A DNA stretch of 64,000 nucleotides from Minisyncoccia bacterium (GCA_038244685.1 JBBRTD010000001.1:166392-230391), one strand, 5' to 3'. Numbered from the stretch's first letter, positions 1-9,909 are shown. The notes: generated by a model not told the origin, from the letters alone. Made by a program: numbers and translations.

Positions 1-1254
1 ACGGTTGCTTATGCTGTTATTAAGAATAGACCTATAGGACAAAATTTCGGTAATTTACAGGTGGCTTATATGGCACCAACTGAAGTTCTAGCTACTCAAT
101 TGTTTGAAAATTTTATTAGTTACTTCGAACATACTGGAATATCCATTGCTCTTATGACGGGCTCAGGCTGCCGTAAATTCCCAAGTAAAAGTGCCCGATG
201 GGAAAATGGTTCACAAATTAAAACTTGGACCCCTATTGCTAAAAATCAGCTTTTAAAATGGATTAAAAATGGTGAAATACCGATAGTAATAGGAACTCAT
301 GCTTTGATATCCAAAACAGTAGAATTCGAAGATTTAGGATTAGTAATAATAGACGAGCAACATCGTTTTGGAACTAGCCAAAGAATGAAATTAGTAAAAA
401 AAGAAGGTCACGCTCCTCACTATCTTTCAATGACAGCAACACCAATACCTAGAACACTTGCTCTTACTATCTATGGAGACTTAGACTTAAGTATCATCGA
501 CCAAATGCCAGCTGGGAGAAAAGTTGTGATTACAGAAATTGTTGGTGAAAATAAAAGAGAAGAATCTTATAATAAAATTAAAAAAGAGCTAGAAGCTGGC
601 CACCAACTTTATGTAATCTGCCCTAAAATTGATGACGGAGATGACGATGAAGAAAAAGTAAAACTAGATGTGAAGTCTGTAACCACAGAAGCCAAGAGAC
701 TAAAGAAAGATATTTTCCAAAATTACAATATTGAAATAATGCATAGCAAAATGACTAAAGACAAAAAAGAAAAAGTTATGCGCGATTTCTCTGAACATAA
801 AATTGACATATTAGTCTCAACTTCAGTTATCGAAGTTGGAGTAAATGTGCCCAATGCCACAATCATTATAATAGAAGGGGCAGAGAGGTTTGGACTAGCT
901 CAGCTTCACCAATTACGAGGCCGAGTTATCCGCTCTAATTATCAGTCATATTGCTACTTATTTGCCGACGCCAAATCCGATAAAACAATAGACAGATTAA
1001 AGGCTATAACAAAAGCCGCCAATGGTTTTGAACTTGCTGAATTAGATTTATCTCTTCGTGGAGCAGGACTTCTCTCTGGAGACAAACAATGGGGTATTAC
1101 CGATATTGGTATGGAAGCTATTAAAAATATTAAAATGGTGGAAGCAGCCAGGAAGGAAGCTATAAAAATAATAGAGGTAGATGCTGATCTGAAAAACTCC
1201 CCTCTTTTATCAAGAACTCTAATCGCTAAAAATCTTAAATTACATTTTGAATAA
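1..1254 (+). CDS. recG: ATP-dependent DNA helicase RecG-like, 5'-truncated at window edge (reading frame open back to position 1)
   Basis: Superfamily-2 helicase motifs: VAYMAPTEVLA (motif Ia-like), IIDEQHRFG (DEQH Walker B variant typical of RecG/Mfd), C-terminal helicase domain GRVIRS. Frame is open upstream of the listed M to position 1. Confidence 0.7.
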   Translation, partial: TVAYAVIKNRPIGQNFGNLQVAYMAPTEVLATQLFENFISYFEHTGISIALMTGSGCRKFPSKSARWENGSQIKTWTPIAKNQLLKWIKNGEIPIVIGTHALISKTVEFEDLGLVIIDEQHRFGTSQRMKLVKKEGHAPHYLSMTATPIPRTLALTIYGDLDLSIIDQMPAGRKVVITEIVGENKREESYNKIKKELEAGHQLYVICPKIDDGDDDEEKVKLDVKSVTTEAKRLKKDIFQNYNIEIMHSKMTKDKKEKVMRDFSEHKIDILVSTSVIEVGVNVPNATIIIIEGAERFGLAQLHQLRGRVIRSNYQSYCYLFADAKSDKTIDRLKAITKAANGFELAELDLSLRGAGLLSGDKQWGITDIGMEAIKNIKMVEAARKEAIKIIEVDADLKNSPLLSRTLIAKNLKLHFE

Positions 1255-1284
1255 AAAAAACAGACGTTCAACGTCTGTTTTTTT
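1253..1284. terminator. Rho-independent bidirectional terminator hairpin CAGACGTTCAACGTCTG flanked by A-run and T-run
   Basis: Perfect 7-bp stem with flanking A8 and T7 between convergent genes at 1254 (+) and 1290 (-). Confidence 0.6.
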
Positions 1285-1289
1285 AAAAT

Positions 1290-4200
1290 TTAATTATTCT
1301 TTTCTAATGTTTTAGTAATTTTTATATTACCTTTTTCAAATTTATTTTCTAAATATTTTTTAGTGTAAGTAATAATAGTTTCCTTTCCTTTTTTATCTGT
1401 AGCTATAACCTCTACTTTTTGAGGAGAAAGCATATTCCAAATATTTCTAGATTTTGGTGCTTTTACTACAATATAACTATTCTCTTCACTTGTAAATTCT
1501 GTTCCAAATTTTAATAAATCAGCAGAAGTATATAATTTTTCTTTTTTAGAATTACTTTCTTTAATCTCTGATTTTATTGATTCAGACTCTTTTTTATCTT
1601 CGACTGCTGCTTCTTTTTGAACTACTTCCTTCTCAACAGTAGGACTAACTTTTTCATTTTTTGTTTCAACATTCAAAATCTTCTCTTTTTCTGTGTGAAT
1701 TATTTCTTTTTTACCATTAACAATTTCTTGAAAATTTGAAAGATATTTTCCCATTTCTTCTCCTATTATTTGTAACTCATTTCCGGTTTTATTAAAACCT
1801 TTACTCTTACCAAGAGGAATAGATTTAAGACTTCTATACTTTTCTTTTCCAAAATCAGATTTGAAATCAGACTCTTCTAGGGTAATTATTCCCTTTGAAT
1901 CTCTGATATTTTTATTTAGCATTTCTAAATCTGCCTTAAGATTACTTTCCATAATTTTAGCCTTATTCTCTCTCTCTAACTTTTCGGCCATTTCTTTTTT
2001 TGAAACTATTTTGGCGCGAGATAATAAACCTTCTATTTCATCCCCAATCTTTTGCAATTCATTTTCGGTTTTATTGAAGCCCTTACTTCTGCTTTCTTGT
2101 ATTGATTTTAAATCCATGTATCTCTTTCTGCCGTATTCCGATTTGAAATCAGAATTTTCTAGCGTGATGATACCCTTTGATTCTAGAATCCTTTTATTAA
2201 GCATTTTCAGGTCATCGTACATACCATCATATTCCTCTTTACTAATTTCGAAGGCAGCATCTTTCTCTTTTGTTTTCTCTGAGTCATTTTCCTTATCCCC
2301 CTTTTCTTCTTCGCTTGACTCTATTTCAACAATTCCTACTTTCTTATCTAAAGTTTTTTCTATTAATTTTTCTTTATTCTTATCCCCACCTTCTTCTTTG
2401 GTTTTTTTATTTGCAATAAGTTTCTCCAAAGGATTACCTGGGACTACAGCTATAAACGGAGGCAACTCTCCATCATATATCCCTTGTGTATTTAGAATTG
2501 TTTCTTCTGTATGAATTTTTACTTTATCGATGATATCATCAAGTCCTTTGCCTTCAAGCGTTCCAAGTATTCTATAACTATCATTGCCCATGTCTTGTGC
2601 TACTTCACCAAACCTTCCATGGAAAAGAGCGTGGCCATTTATATTACCGAAAAGGATTTTACCGGCCTCACTACCTTGTGGAATGACAATTTCACCATTT
2701 GGATTAACAGTAATTTCGAATGCCTGATTCTGAGTTTCTTTTGATAATGAAAATAGCATTTTTAATTTACCAGACTTCATTAACTCTTCTGCATTTGCAT
2801 TTAAGTCACCATGGAAAGAACCATCGGCTGTCATATGCCCAACATTCAAAATATAATTTCCTTTTGCATCTATTCCACTGCCATTCAATCCTCCCCATTG
2901 TGTTTTTAATTCATTTAAATCAAAATCTTTTGTATTATTATCAAACCATCCGAGGCGATGAAACTTTTTCATTTCAGTTAAATGATTTTTTATATATTCT
3001 CCTACCCCTACAGTCTTTACTGTTGTTCCATCTACCAAATGATTCTCAATACCAACTCCACTGTGAGATAAAATATTTTTGGCTTCTTCGGTAAGACTAC
3101 CTTCGGGGGTAACAGTTAAATGTTCCGCTATCATTCTACTTCCATTCGTAAGATTATAAGTTCCATCTGGATTCTTAATCATATTTACTCCCTCTGGAAG
3201 TTTAATATGATTTTCGCCAATTAAAGATTCGTGAACATTACCCATACTCATCTTCGGCATATCGCCTTCAATCAAATGTTTTAAATATGAAATAGAAGTT
3301 AAGTGTTCAACTCCTGCGCCTGCGACTAAAGTATGCCCGCCTTTAATATCATGCATTATATCTTCAACAACACTAACCCTTTCTCCTCCCCATAATCCGT
3401 CTACACCAGCAAGAGCTTCTTGGAATGTAGCACCAATAACGATACCTGTTTTAAATGCTGTCCAAGCCGCCTTATTCCCCTTCTCACTTTTAAATTTATT
3501 AAAATTTCTATCTTGTGCATCAATACCAATATTCTCCGCACTTATTAGCCGATTCTCTTCTGTTGTTGCAAGAGAATTAAAATATTCCTCAAATTTTTGT
3601 CCATTAGGAATTGCATGATTACCACTATTGTATGCTTTCTCTAAAGCATCTTTTATTTGTCTCTTTTTTATATCAAGAGTAAGTCTTTCTTCAACTACTT
3701 TTGTAGAATCTGAATATGTAACGAGATCTATTTTCCTACGATCAGAAAGGCGAATTAAGGCTTCAAGGGAAGCCAGATCAGCAAAGACAGAATTGAGCTC
3801 CTGCTCTGTTATATTTGCGGCATTTGTTTCAAGTAGGTTTAGATTTGTATCTATATTTTTAATTAAATTACTGGCTGATTCAGTTTGATATTTAAACTTG
3901 TCCATCTCTACTCTATTTGGCATAGTTTTTGAATCAAAGCTTTCCCCTTTGGCTAATTGTCTTGAGTGTAATACGCGTTTATTTTCCTGTTCTGTTTGTT
4001 CTCTTTGTTTCGCAAACCACGAAGAGATAGCAGCCGTTCCTATTATGGGAACTATTTTACCAGGAAGACTTACCGCAGAACGAGCAACCATAGAAGCCAC
4101 GAAAGATAAAGCTATAGAGATAGAAGTCTCATTGGCAAATTGCCCAACTTTCGTATGGAGCATTTTATTTATAATACTTTCTGTTTTGGAATAGTTAGCT

Positions 4201-4925
4201 TCAGTGCGAACATTTGCTTTTGATTTACCATAAATCAAATCAACATCTAAATCTTCATTATCTAAAAATTCTTTATTCTCTATCGCTAGTTTTACTTGTT
4301 CAGCAATTTCAAATAAATTTGAAGCGTACATCGTATTACCTTTTATTTTTTTATCATCAATGTTTCCTTTTAAATTATGGAAAATTCTTTTCTCCTGTTC
4401 AATAAAAGATTCTTTGCTAATTTTACCAGTCGCCCAATCCATTATTAATTGCTTTACGGATTCTTTGTCTCCTGTTGCTTCTTCTTCGAGCTCATCTTTT
4501 CCTATTTCTACTTTTTTCTCCCCTGCCTCTTTGTGGATAGCTTCATCATAACCTGAAGTAAATTGATTAAGAATATCAGACATAACCTTATCGTGAGAAG
4601 CTTTCTCTTTACCTTCCCCTGCAAAAACATTATCAGTCTTCAAAATTTCTTGTGAAGCTTTATATATCTCTTTATTTAAATTATAGTCACGCTTTAGTCC
4701 ATACTTCCAAACCTTCTGCCCGAGACGAGACCAATATTCTCCTTTTCCTAATTTTTCCCACTTACTAAGCTTGGCAAGCTCGGAACTTTCAGCTTCTATT
4801 GTCATCTTCTCTTTACCAGCATCCTCGGCTTGGCTTCTCATTAAATCCGTAGTATCAACAATAGCAACTTTAAATTTTTTCTTTTGCTCTATGGTTTTTA
4901 TATTAGAGGTAGGTGTTTTTTCCAT
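1290..4925 (-). CDS. Giant hypothetical protein (1211 aa), no recognised catalytic domain. Charged N-terminal region, internal hydrophobic segment (SISIALSFVASMVARSAVSLPGKIVPIIGTAAISSWF), C-terminal tandem roughly 60-aa repeats.
   Basis: Long uninterrupted ORF. Internal repeat KGIITLE(N/E)SDFKS(E/D)(Y/F)G...KSKGFNKT(E/G)NELQ(K/I)IG(D/E)E present twice. Antisense ORFs within are shorter and low-complexity. Confidence 0.75.
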   Translation of the reverse strand: MEKTPTSNIKTIEQKKKFKVAIVDTTDLMRSQAEDAGKEKMTIEAESSELAKLSKWEKLGKGEYWSRLGQKVWKYGLKRDYNLNKEIYKASQEILKTDNVFAGEGKEKASHDKVMSDILNQFTSGYDEAIHKEAGEKKVEIGKDELEEEATGDKESVKQLIMDWATGKISKESFIEQEKRIFHNLKGNIDDKKIKGNTMYASNLFEIAEQVKLAIENKEFLDNEDLDVDLIYGKSKANVRTEANYSKTESIINKMLHTKVGQFANETSISIALSFVASMVARSAVSLPGKIVPIIGTAAISSWFAKQREQTEQENKRVLHSRQLAKGESFDSKTMPNRVEMDKFKYQTESASNLIKNIDTNLNLLETNAANITEQELNSVFADLASLEALIRLSDRRKIDLVTYSDSTKVVEERLTLDIKKRQIKDALEKAYNSGNHAIPNGQKFEEYFNSLATTEENRLISAENIGIDAQDRNFNKFKSEKGNKAAWTAFKTGIVIGATFQEALAGVDGLWGGERVSVVEDIMHDIKGGHTLVAGAGVEHLTSISYLKHLIEGDMPKMSMGNVHESLIGENHIKLPEGVNMIKNPDGTYNLTNGSRMIAEHLTVTPEGSLTEEAKNILSHSGVGIENHLVDGTTVKTVGVGEYIKNHLTEMKKFHRLGWFDNNTKDFDLNELKTQWGGLNGSGIDAKGNYILNVGHMTADGSFHGDLNANAEELMKSGKLKMLFSLSKETQNQAFEITVNPNGEIVIPQGSEAGKILFGNINGHALFHGRFGEVAQDMGNDSYRILGTLEGKGLDDIIDKVKIHTEETILNTQGIYDGELPPFIAVVPGNPLEKLIANKKTKEEGGDKNKEKLIEKTLDKKVGIVEIESSEEEKGDKENDSEKTKEKDAAFEISKEEYDGMYDDLKMLNKRILESKGIITLENSDFKSEYGRKRYMDLKSIQESRSKGFNKTENELQKIGDEIEGLLSRAKIVSKKEMAEKLERENKAKIMESNLKADLEMLNKNIRDSKGIITLEESDFKSDFGKEKYRSLKSIPLGKSKGFNKTGNELQIIGEEMGKYLSNFQEIVNGKKEIIHTEKEKILNVETKNEKVSPTVEKEVVQKEAAVEDKKESESIKSEIKESNSKKEKLYTSADLLKFGTEFTSEENSYIVVKAPKSRNIWNMLSPQKVEVIATDKKGKETIITYTKKYLENKFEKGNIKITKTLEKNN

Positions 4926-4946
4926 ATTTGTATTATTAATTACTAA

Positions 4947-5270
4947 TTAAGCAATATATCTATTTCTAAAATTCAAAAATTCTGCTGCTAATAATTCAGG
5001 GAAGTTAGCAATATTCTCATTACAAAATTTTTGAGTAAGAGTTGCATCACCAGAATCAATAAGTTTTTCGAATTCACCTAATTTATCTTCAATAACTTGT
5101 GAAAGAATCATAGCTTTAATTCTATTTTCAAGTCTTTCAGTAAGATCTTTCTTAAGTCCTATCAAAGTGCTTTCTTCTAGCTTTTTATCCATCCCTGTTT
5201 CTTTTACAAGATTATCAATAAATTGATTCATCATCTGATCGGCACTTAGATTTTGTGTTTCTTTTGACAT
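4947..5270 (-). CDS. Small acidic helical hypothetical protein (107 aa), immediately upstream and co-oriented with the giant protein
   Basis: ORF with 22-nt spacing to downstream gene. No recognisable motifs. Confidence 0.5.
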   Translation of the reverse strand: MSKETQNLSADQMMNQFIDNLVKETGMDKKLEESTLIGLKKDLTERLENRIKAMILSQVIEDKLGEFEKLIDSGDATLTQKFCNENIANFPELLAAEFLNFRNRYIA

Positions 5271-5478
5271 AAATTTATACTTAAATTCATTAAATTAATA
5301 AATGATAATATTTTTCTACAATTAATTCAATTATATACTTTATAATTAAAGATATTAAACAATAGTCATATTATACAATGAATAATACCTATGTGTCAAC
5401 GTATACTATGATGGCAAATTAGATAGATAAAAAGCCATTAGAATAAATTCTAATGGCTCTCTACATTCATTTAAAGAC

Positions 5479-6246
5479 TTAGGATTTTTCCTTGTCTTCA
5501 TTTTTAGGAACACCTCGGGAGAGATGTTTTCTGTAATTGGCGGCTACACGGAAAAGGTCATCACTTTTCTCAACTTCAAAACTGGTTAAACGACCATTTT
5601 TCCTGGAATCTCTTTTGATAATATCCAAAGCACGATTCTCAAAATCTTGATTTTTAGCAATTATTGCCGCTCTGGTTGCAATATCTATATCACAACCATT
5701 ACTAGCGTCTACATGAATAGCAGAACTGCTACTACTGCTTGAAGACGAGCGATAATTGTACAAATTAATAAAAATCAAAATGGCGATTGCCAATAAAATC
5801 ATCCATCCCCACCAAGGCATATCAGACACGATAGATGCATTTATCTGAGCCGGCTCGGTTGTGGTTGTGGTAATAGTTCTTTCGTAAGAAACTGAAGGAT
5901 ATACCTTCTGTCCTCCTATATTAAGAACTTCTCCCGGATAAATCCGGACGATCCACATCTTCCGATCTTGATTATAGTACAACCGGTCAGGTGAACTAAG
6001 AAATGGATTTAATGCAACGATTTCTCTCCATTGCATTCCAGTTCCGTAAACCTTCTGTGAGATACCCCATACAGTATTCCCGCTGACAACAATCTGTTGC
6101 TCAACGTAGAAACCCTGGTCAGAATACGTGAACTTTTCATTGGTTACAGTAGTTGTAACCTTAGGTGCAGATGGCTGCCGTTGTATACATGATGACAACA
6201 ACGAAACGAATAAAATTACGAAGAGCGAAAATAATACCTTTTTCAT
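5479..6246 (-). CDS. LysM-domain lipoprotein with a transmembrane segment and poly-Ser linker
   Basis: Lipobox-like signal MKKVLFSLFVILFVSLLSSC. LysM-like segment NTVWGISQKVYGTGMQWREIVALNP...IYPGEVLNIGG. TM WWGWMILLAIAILIFINLY. S9 run. Confidence 0.65.
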   Translation of the reverse strand: MKKVLFSLFVILFVSLLSSCIQRQPSAPKVTTTVTNEKFTYSDQGFYVEQQIVVSGNTVWGISQKVYGTGMQWREIVALNPFLSSPDRLYYNQDRKMWIVRIYPGEVLNIGGQKVYPSVSYERTITTTTTEPAQINASIVSDMPWWGWMILLAIAILIFINLYNYRSSSSSSSSSAIHVDASNGCDIDIATRAAIIAKNQDFENRALDIIKRDSRKNGRLTSFEVEKSDDLFRVAANYRKHLSRGVPKNEDKEKS

Positions 6247-6435
6247 GATAGTATATTTTTTGTTTTTTCAGCATCCCTACATCTTTTCTGCTTTTCAGAT
6301 TGAACAGATTGTATTTGTCTGATTTGTTTCAAGTATAGCACAATATAGGGTCTTTGTCAATAACAATATAAATTGCTATTATTCCTTATATTTTGAAATA
6401 TTCAAAATATAAGGTAATATATTCATATCCAACAT

Positions 6436-6509
6436 CCGCCCTTAGCTCAGTTGGTTAGAGCACAGAGCTTATACCTCTGGGGTCCTAGGTTCGAATCCTA
6501 GAGGGCGGA
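6436..6509 (+). tRNA. tRNA with anticodon UAU (reads AUA; tRNA-Ile(UAU)-type), 73 nt plus discriminator, CCA not encoded
   Basis: Hand-folded cloverleaf. Acceptor CCGCCCU/AGGGCGG, D-arm GCUC-AGUUGGUUA-GAGC, anticodon stem CAGAG/CUCUG with loop CUUAUAC (U33, anticodon UAU, A37), variable loop GGGUC, T-arm CUAGG-UUCGAAU-CCUAG. Confidence 0.8.
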
Positions 6510-6556
6510 CAATACAAATAACCTTACCGTCGTAAGGTTATTTGTATTGTCCGCCC
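6503..6556. terminator. Long (24-bp stem) hairpin that incorporates the tRNA 3' acceptor strand; bidirectional terminator between tRNA (+) and ftsH (-)
   Basis: GGGCGGACAATACAAATAACCTTA / CCGTCG / TAAGGTTATTTGTATTGTCCGCCC is a perfect inverted repeat. Confidence 0.55.
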
Positions 6557-8443
6557 TTATTTCTCTTCTACTTCCTTCTTCTTTGGAGTTATTCCATTAG
6601 CAATTATAATGTCATTATATTCTTTCTGTTCTAAGGTCTCTACATCTATAAGTTTATTCGCAATCGCATCTAAGACCTTACGCTTTTCGAGAAGAACAGC
6701 TCTGGCCACAGAAAATGCATTATTCATAATTTTAGAAACTTCTCCATCGATAACAGCGCTCATCTTTTCTGAATATTCTCTATCATTAACACCTTGACCA
6801 AACATTGTTCGCCCACCGTCACTCTCGAGTGCTATTGGACCTATTTCTTCACTCATTCCCCAACGTGTAACCATAGCGCGAGCTAAGCTTGTCGCAACTT
6901 GTAAATCGTTCGATGGTCCAGTTGTAATATCTCCAAAAACCATTTCTTCGGCAACGTAGCCACCGAGCGACATTGCTATATCATCTAAGAATTCTTTTTT
7001 ACTCTGAAGACGTCTTTCTTCTAATGGAAGCTTCAAGGTGTAACCACCAGCATTACCACGAGAAACAATTGAGACTTTATGGACAGGATCAGCGTGAGGG
7101 AGCATTGAGGCAACAAGAGCATGACCTGCTTCGTGATATGCTGTAATTTCTTTCTCTTTCTTTGAGAGTAAATGACTCTTTCTTTCAGGACCCATCATAA
7201 CCTTTTCAATTGAACGGATTAAATCAAACTGTGCAATCTTTTTCCTATCTTCACGCGCTGCTAAAATTGCTCCTTCGTTCATTATAGAAAACAAGTCAGC
7301 ACCAGAAAATCCCGGAGTACGTTCTGCAATAACTTTCAAATTTACATCTTCACCAAAAGGCTTTTTACGAGAGTGGATTATAAGTATTTCCTCGCGATCA
7401 AGACGATCAGGTAAATCAAGCATGACTCTTCTGTCAAATCTTCCTGGACGAAGAAGAGCTGGGTCTAAGACATCTCCTCTGTTTGTTGCGGCCATAACTA
7501 TCACCTTTTCATTCGGTTCAAAACCATCCATCTCAACAAGAATTTGGTTTAAGGTCTGTTCACGTTCATCATTTCCACCACCAACCCCTGTGCCACGAAC
7601 TCGTCCAACTGCATCTATCTCATCGATAAAAACAATAGAAGGAGCAGCCTTTTTGGCCATTTTAAATAAATCTCGAACTCGAGATGCTCCGACACCGACG
7701 AACATTTCAACGAACTCTGAACCCGACAAATGAAAGAACGGAACGGCTGCTTCTCCGGCAACAGCCCGAGCCAGCAATGTCTTCCCTGTTCCTGGAGCTC
7801 CAGTAAGTAAAACTCCTTTTGGAATTCTTGCTCCAATATCTAGAAATTTTTTAGGATTTTTTAAGAAGTCTACAATTTCTTTTAATTCTTCTTTCGCTTC
7901 CTTGGCACCAGCGACATCTTTAAAGGTAACTTTATTATTCTTATCATCTGGGTCAGTAATTCTAGCTTTGGATTGTCCGAAAGTAAAAGCTTGCATACCC
8001 TGCCCTTTTACTTGACGAGTCAACATCCAAATAAAAAATATAATTATAAAGACGGGAAGTAAAAATGGAAGTATGTTCAATAACCAATAAGTAAAACCTG
8101 ATTCTGTTTTAATTTCAATCGGAGTAGCAGATAGCTCAACAGGAGTTACACCATAATTATACAAAGTAGTAGAAAGTGAACTTTCTAATTCTTTCTTGGC
8201 TACACCTTTAGTCTGATCTTTAAAAGTAACATTAATATCACCACCCGAAACGATAATTTTCTCAACAGAGCCATCTACTACACTTTTGGCCACTTCTGAA
8301 ATAGTCATCTTCTTTATATCCTCTGGCTTCTTAGAAACAAGCGTATAGACAAGCGTAATACTAATAAAAATGAACACAGCAATGATTATCTGGTTGGCAA
8401 TATTGGGTATTTTTGGTTGAATTGGTTTTTTGTTTTTATCCAT
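6557..8443 (-). CDS. ftsH: ATP-dependent zinc metalloprotease FtsH (start probably at MDKNKK, ORF track extends to 8494)
   Basis: N-terminal TM helices, AAA+ Walker A GAPGTGKT, Walker [12 protein letters not shown], zinc-binding HEAGHAL. Confidence 0.93.
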   Translation of the reverse strand: MDKNKKPIQPKIPNIANQIIIAVFIFISITLVYTLVSKKPEDIKKMTISEVAKSVVDGSVEKIIVSGGDINVTFKDQTKGVAKKELESSLSTTLYNYGVTPVELSATPIEIKTESGFTYWLLNILPFLLPVFIIIFFIWMLTRQVKGQGMQAFTFGQSKARITDPDDKNNKVTFKDVAGAKEAKEELKEIVDFLKNPKKFLDIGARIPKGVLLTGAPGTGKTLLARAVAGEAAVPFFHLSGSEFVEMFVGVGASRVRDLFKMAKKAAPSIVFIDEIDAVGRVRGTGVGGGNDEREQTLNQILVEMDGFEPNEKVIVMAATNRGDVLDPALLRPGRFDRRVMLDLPDRLDREEILIIHSRKKPFGEDVNLKVIAERTPGFSGADLFSIMNEGAILAAREDRKKIAQFDLIRSIEKVMMGPERKSHLLSKKEKEITAYHEAGHALVASMLPHADPVHKVSIVSRGNAGGYTLKLPLEERRLQSKKEFLDDIAMSLGGYVAEEMVFGDITTGPSNDLQVATSLARAMVTRWGMSEEIGPIALESDGGRTMFGQGVNDREYSEKMSAVIDGEVSKIMNNAFSVARAVLLEKRKVLDAIANKLIDVETLEQKEYNDIIIANGITPKKKEVEEK

Positions 8444-8708
8444 AATACTTAATAGTATACACAAATATGGCAAATAAAAAAACGTCTGATGCAAGCAACA
8501 GACGTTTTAATGTAGACAAAACTCAAAAAAAACTTAACTAAAGTAAAAACAAAACTGCAAAATAGTTCAGGAGACTAATGAGTGCTTATAAAGCGCACAT
8601 TAACCCTTAACAATTAAATTGAATTAATTATGTTAATTTCAATAGTATTAAATCAAAATATAAGAAAAAGGTCAAGGGGGTAAATAGATTTTGTATTATT
8701 AGCTATTA

Positions 8709-9173
8709 TTGGTACCATATAAATATATGGCAACATATATAGACAATAGAAAGGCACACTTTAATTACAGCATAGAGGAAACTTTCGAAGCCGGAATAGA
8801 ACTTTCAGGTTTTGAAGTTAAGGCTATTAAAAATGGCTCAGGAAACTTGAACTCGGCCTTTTGTGTGATTCGAGGTGGTGAAGCTTATATATTGAATATG
8901 CATATTCCACCATATCAGCCTCATAATATTGATCCAGGATATGACCCGGACATGACGAGACGACTTCTCTTAACCAAAAAAGAGATAAAGAAATTAGCAG
9001 ATAAGGATGATATGAAAGGATTGACTCTCATCCCCTTATCGCTGTATAGTAAAGGGCGTTATATTAAAGTATCTATAGCTGTGGCTCGAGGCAAGAAAGT
9101 TTTTGATAAAAGAGAAACTATTAAGAAACGAGAAACCGATAGAGAAATAAGAAGAGAGTATAAGGTTCGTTAA
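8709..9173 (+). CDS. smpB: SsrA-binding protein SmpB (alternative start at 8727 MATYID)
   Basis: Conserved SmpB N-terminal region NRKAHFNYSIEETFEAGIELSGFEVKAI and basic C-terminal tail. Immediately upstream of tmRNA. Confidence 0.88.
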   Translation: MVPYKYMATYIDNRKAHFNYSIEETFEAGIELSGFEVKAIKNGSGNLNSAFCVIRGGEAYILNMHIPPYQPHNIDPGYDPDMTRRLLLTKKEIKKLADKDDMKGLTLIPLSLYSKGRYIKVSIAVARGKKVFDKRETIKKRETDREIRREYKVR

Positions 9174-9178
9174 AAATT

Positions 9179-9570
9179 GGGGATGATCGGCTTCGACAAG
9201 AGGAATCATCTTATATATGCATGTAAAGTACTCAGGAATCTTTTAAAACTTCTTGGAAAAGACTAAGTGCAAACAAAGTCGCTTCAGTAAAATCACCTTA
9301 CTCTTTTGGGTTTGCTGGTTTTGCTCCCGCTTTCGCCTAAATTTAGGCCTGGTGGGTGTCCGCTCTTTTGACATCCGATATAAAGAGTGGGCATCATTTA
9401 TCGGGTTACGAAATTACAACCGCTTGATGTAATCTCCGACAATTAAAAGCTCGCTATTTATCTTTCTTGTATGTTCTCTAGGATAAACATCTAAACGAAA
9501 TGGACATACTAAACATGTAGACTTCTATAAGATTTCTTTTTGCACGCGGGTTCGATTCCCGCCATCTCCA
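9179..9570 (+). ncRNA. ssrA: tmRNA (ssrA), standard one-piece
   Basis: 5' GGGGAUGAUCGGCUUCGACA pairs with 3' ...CAUCUCC-A. 3' tRNA-like domain GCACGCGGGUUCGAUUCCCGCCAUCUCCA with T-loop GGUUCGAUUCC. Candidate tag reading frame ends ...GCU CCC GCU UUC GCC UAA AUU UAG (peptide ending ...FAPAFA, double stop). Confidence 0.85.
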
Positions 9571-9576
9571 CATATT

Positions 9577-9605
9577 AAAAAACCCTTATTCTATAAGGGT
9601 TTTTT
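9577..9605. terminator. Terminator hairpin AAAAAACCCTTA-TTCTA-TAAGGGTTTTTT. The palindrome extends outward to 9563-9620 and includes the tmRNA 3' end.
   Basis: Perfect stem with A6/T6 flanks. The wider inverted repeat CATCTCCACATATT...AATATTGTGGAGATG. Confidence 0.6.
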
Positions 9606-9820
9606 AATATTGTGGAGATGAGCTTTGTCCCTGCGGACAAAGCGTGCTAGAAGCGAAGACATTTTCCGTGTGAGCTCGCGAACGGAAAAGGTATACTGAC
9701 CCTGTAAGGGTTGATAAGGCTACTGCCGGTCCCGCCAATTTTAGTTATTCAGTATTTTGTTTATTTAATAACCATCTTTTTTTAAAAATGATTTAATTAG
9801 TAATAAGGTTATTAAAAATA

Positions 9821-9863
9821 CAAAATAAGGACATTTATCACTATGGTAAATGTCCTTATTTTG
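9821..9863. terminator. Hairpin CAAAATAAGGACATTTA-loop-TAAATGTCCTTATTTTG downstream of the minus-strand MTase-ATPase operon
   Basis: 17-bp perfect stem located 3' of the gene ending at 9910 (minus strand). Confidence 0.5.
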
Positions 9864-9909
9864 TATACATATTGTTTTATCCCCAAAGTGCGTAAAAAGT
9901 ATGTTATGA

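Noticed and set aside
1861-4551. Several plus-strand ORFs (217, 77, 124, 86, 98, 63 aa) inside the 1290-4925 region
   Set aside because: They are antisense to a continuous 3.6-kb minus-strand ORF. They are low-complexity (S/L/F-rich) as expected from reverse-reading a K/E-rich gene, and carry no motifs.
9563-9620. Repeat of the tmRNA 3' end (TGTGGAGATG) downstream, initially considered an att-site duplication marking island integration
   Set aside because: It is the inverted, not direct, copy and forms the outer arms of one continuous palindrome around the terminator. The same design occurs after the tRNA, so it is a hairpin rather than an integrase-generated direct repeat. No integrase gene is present.
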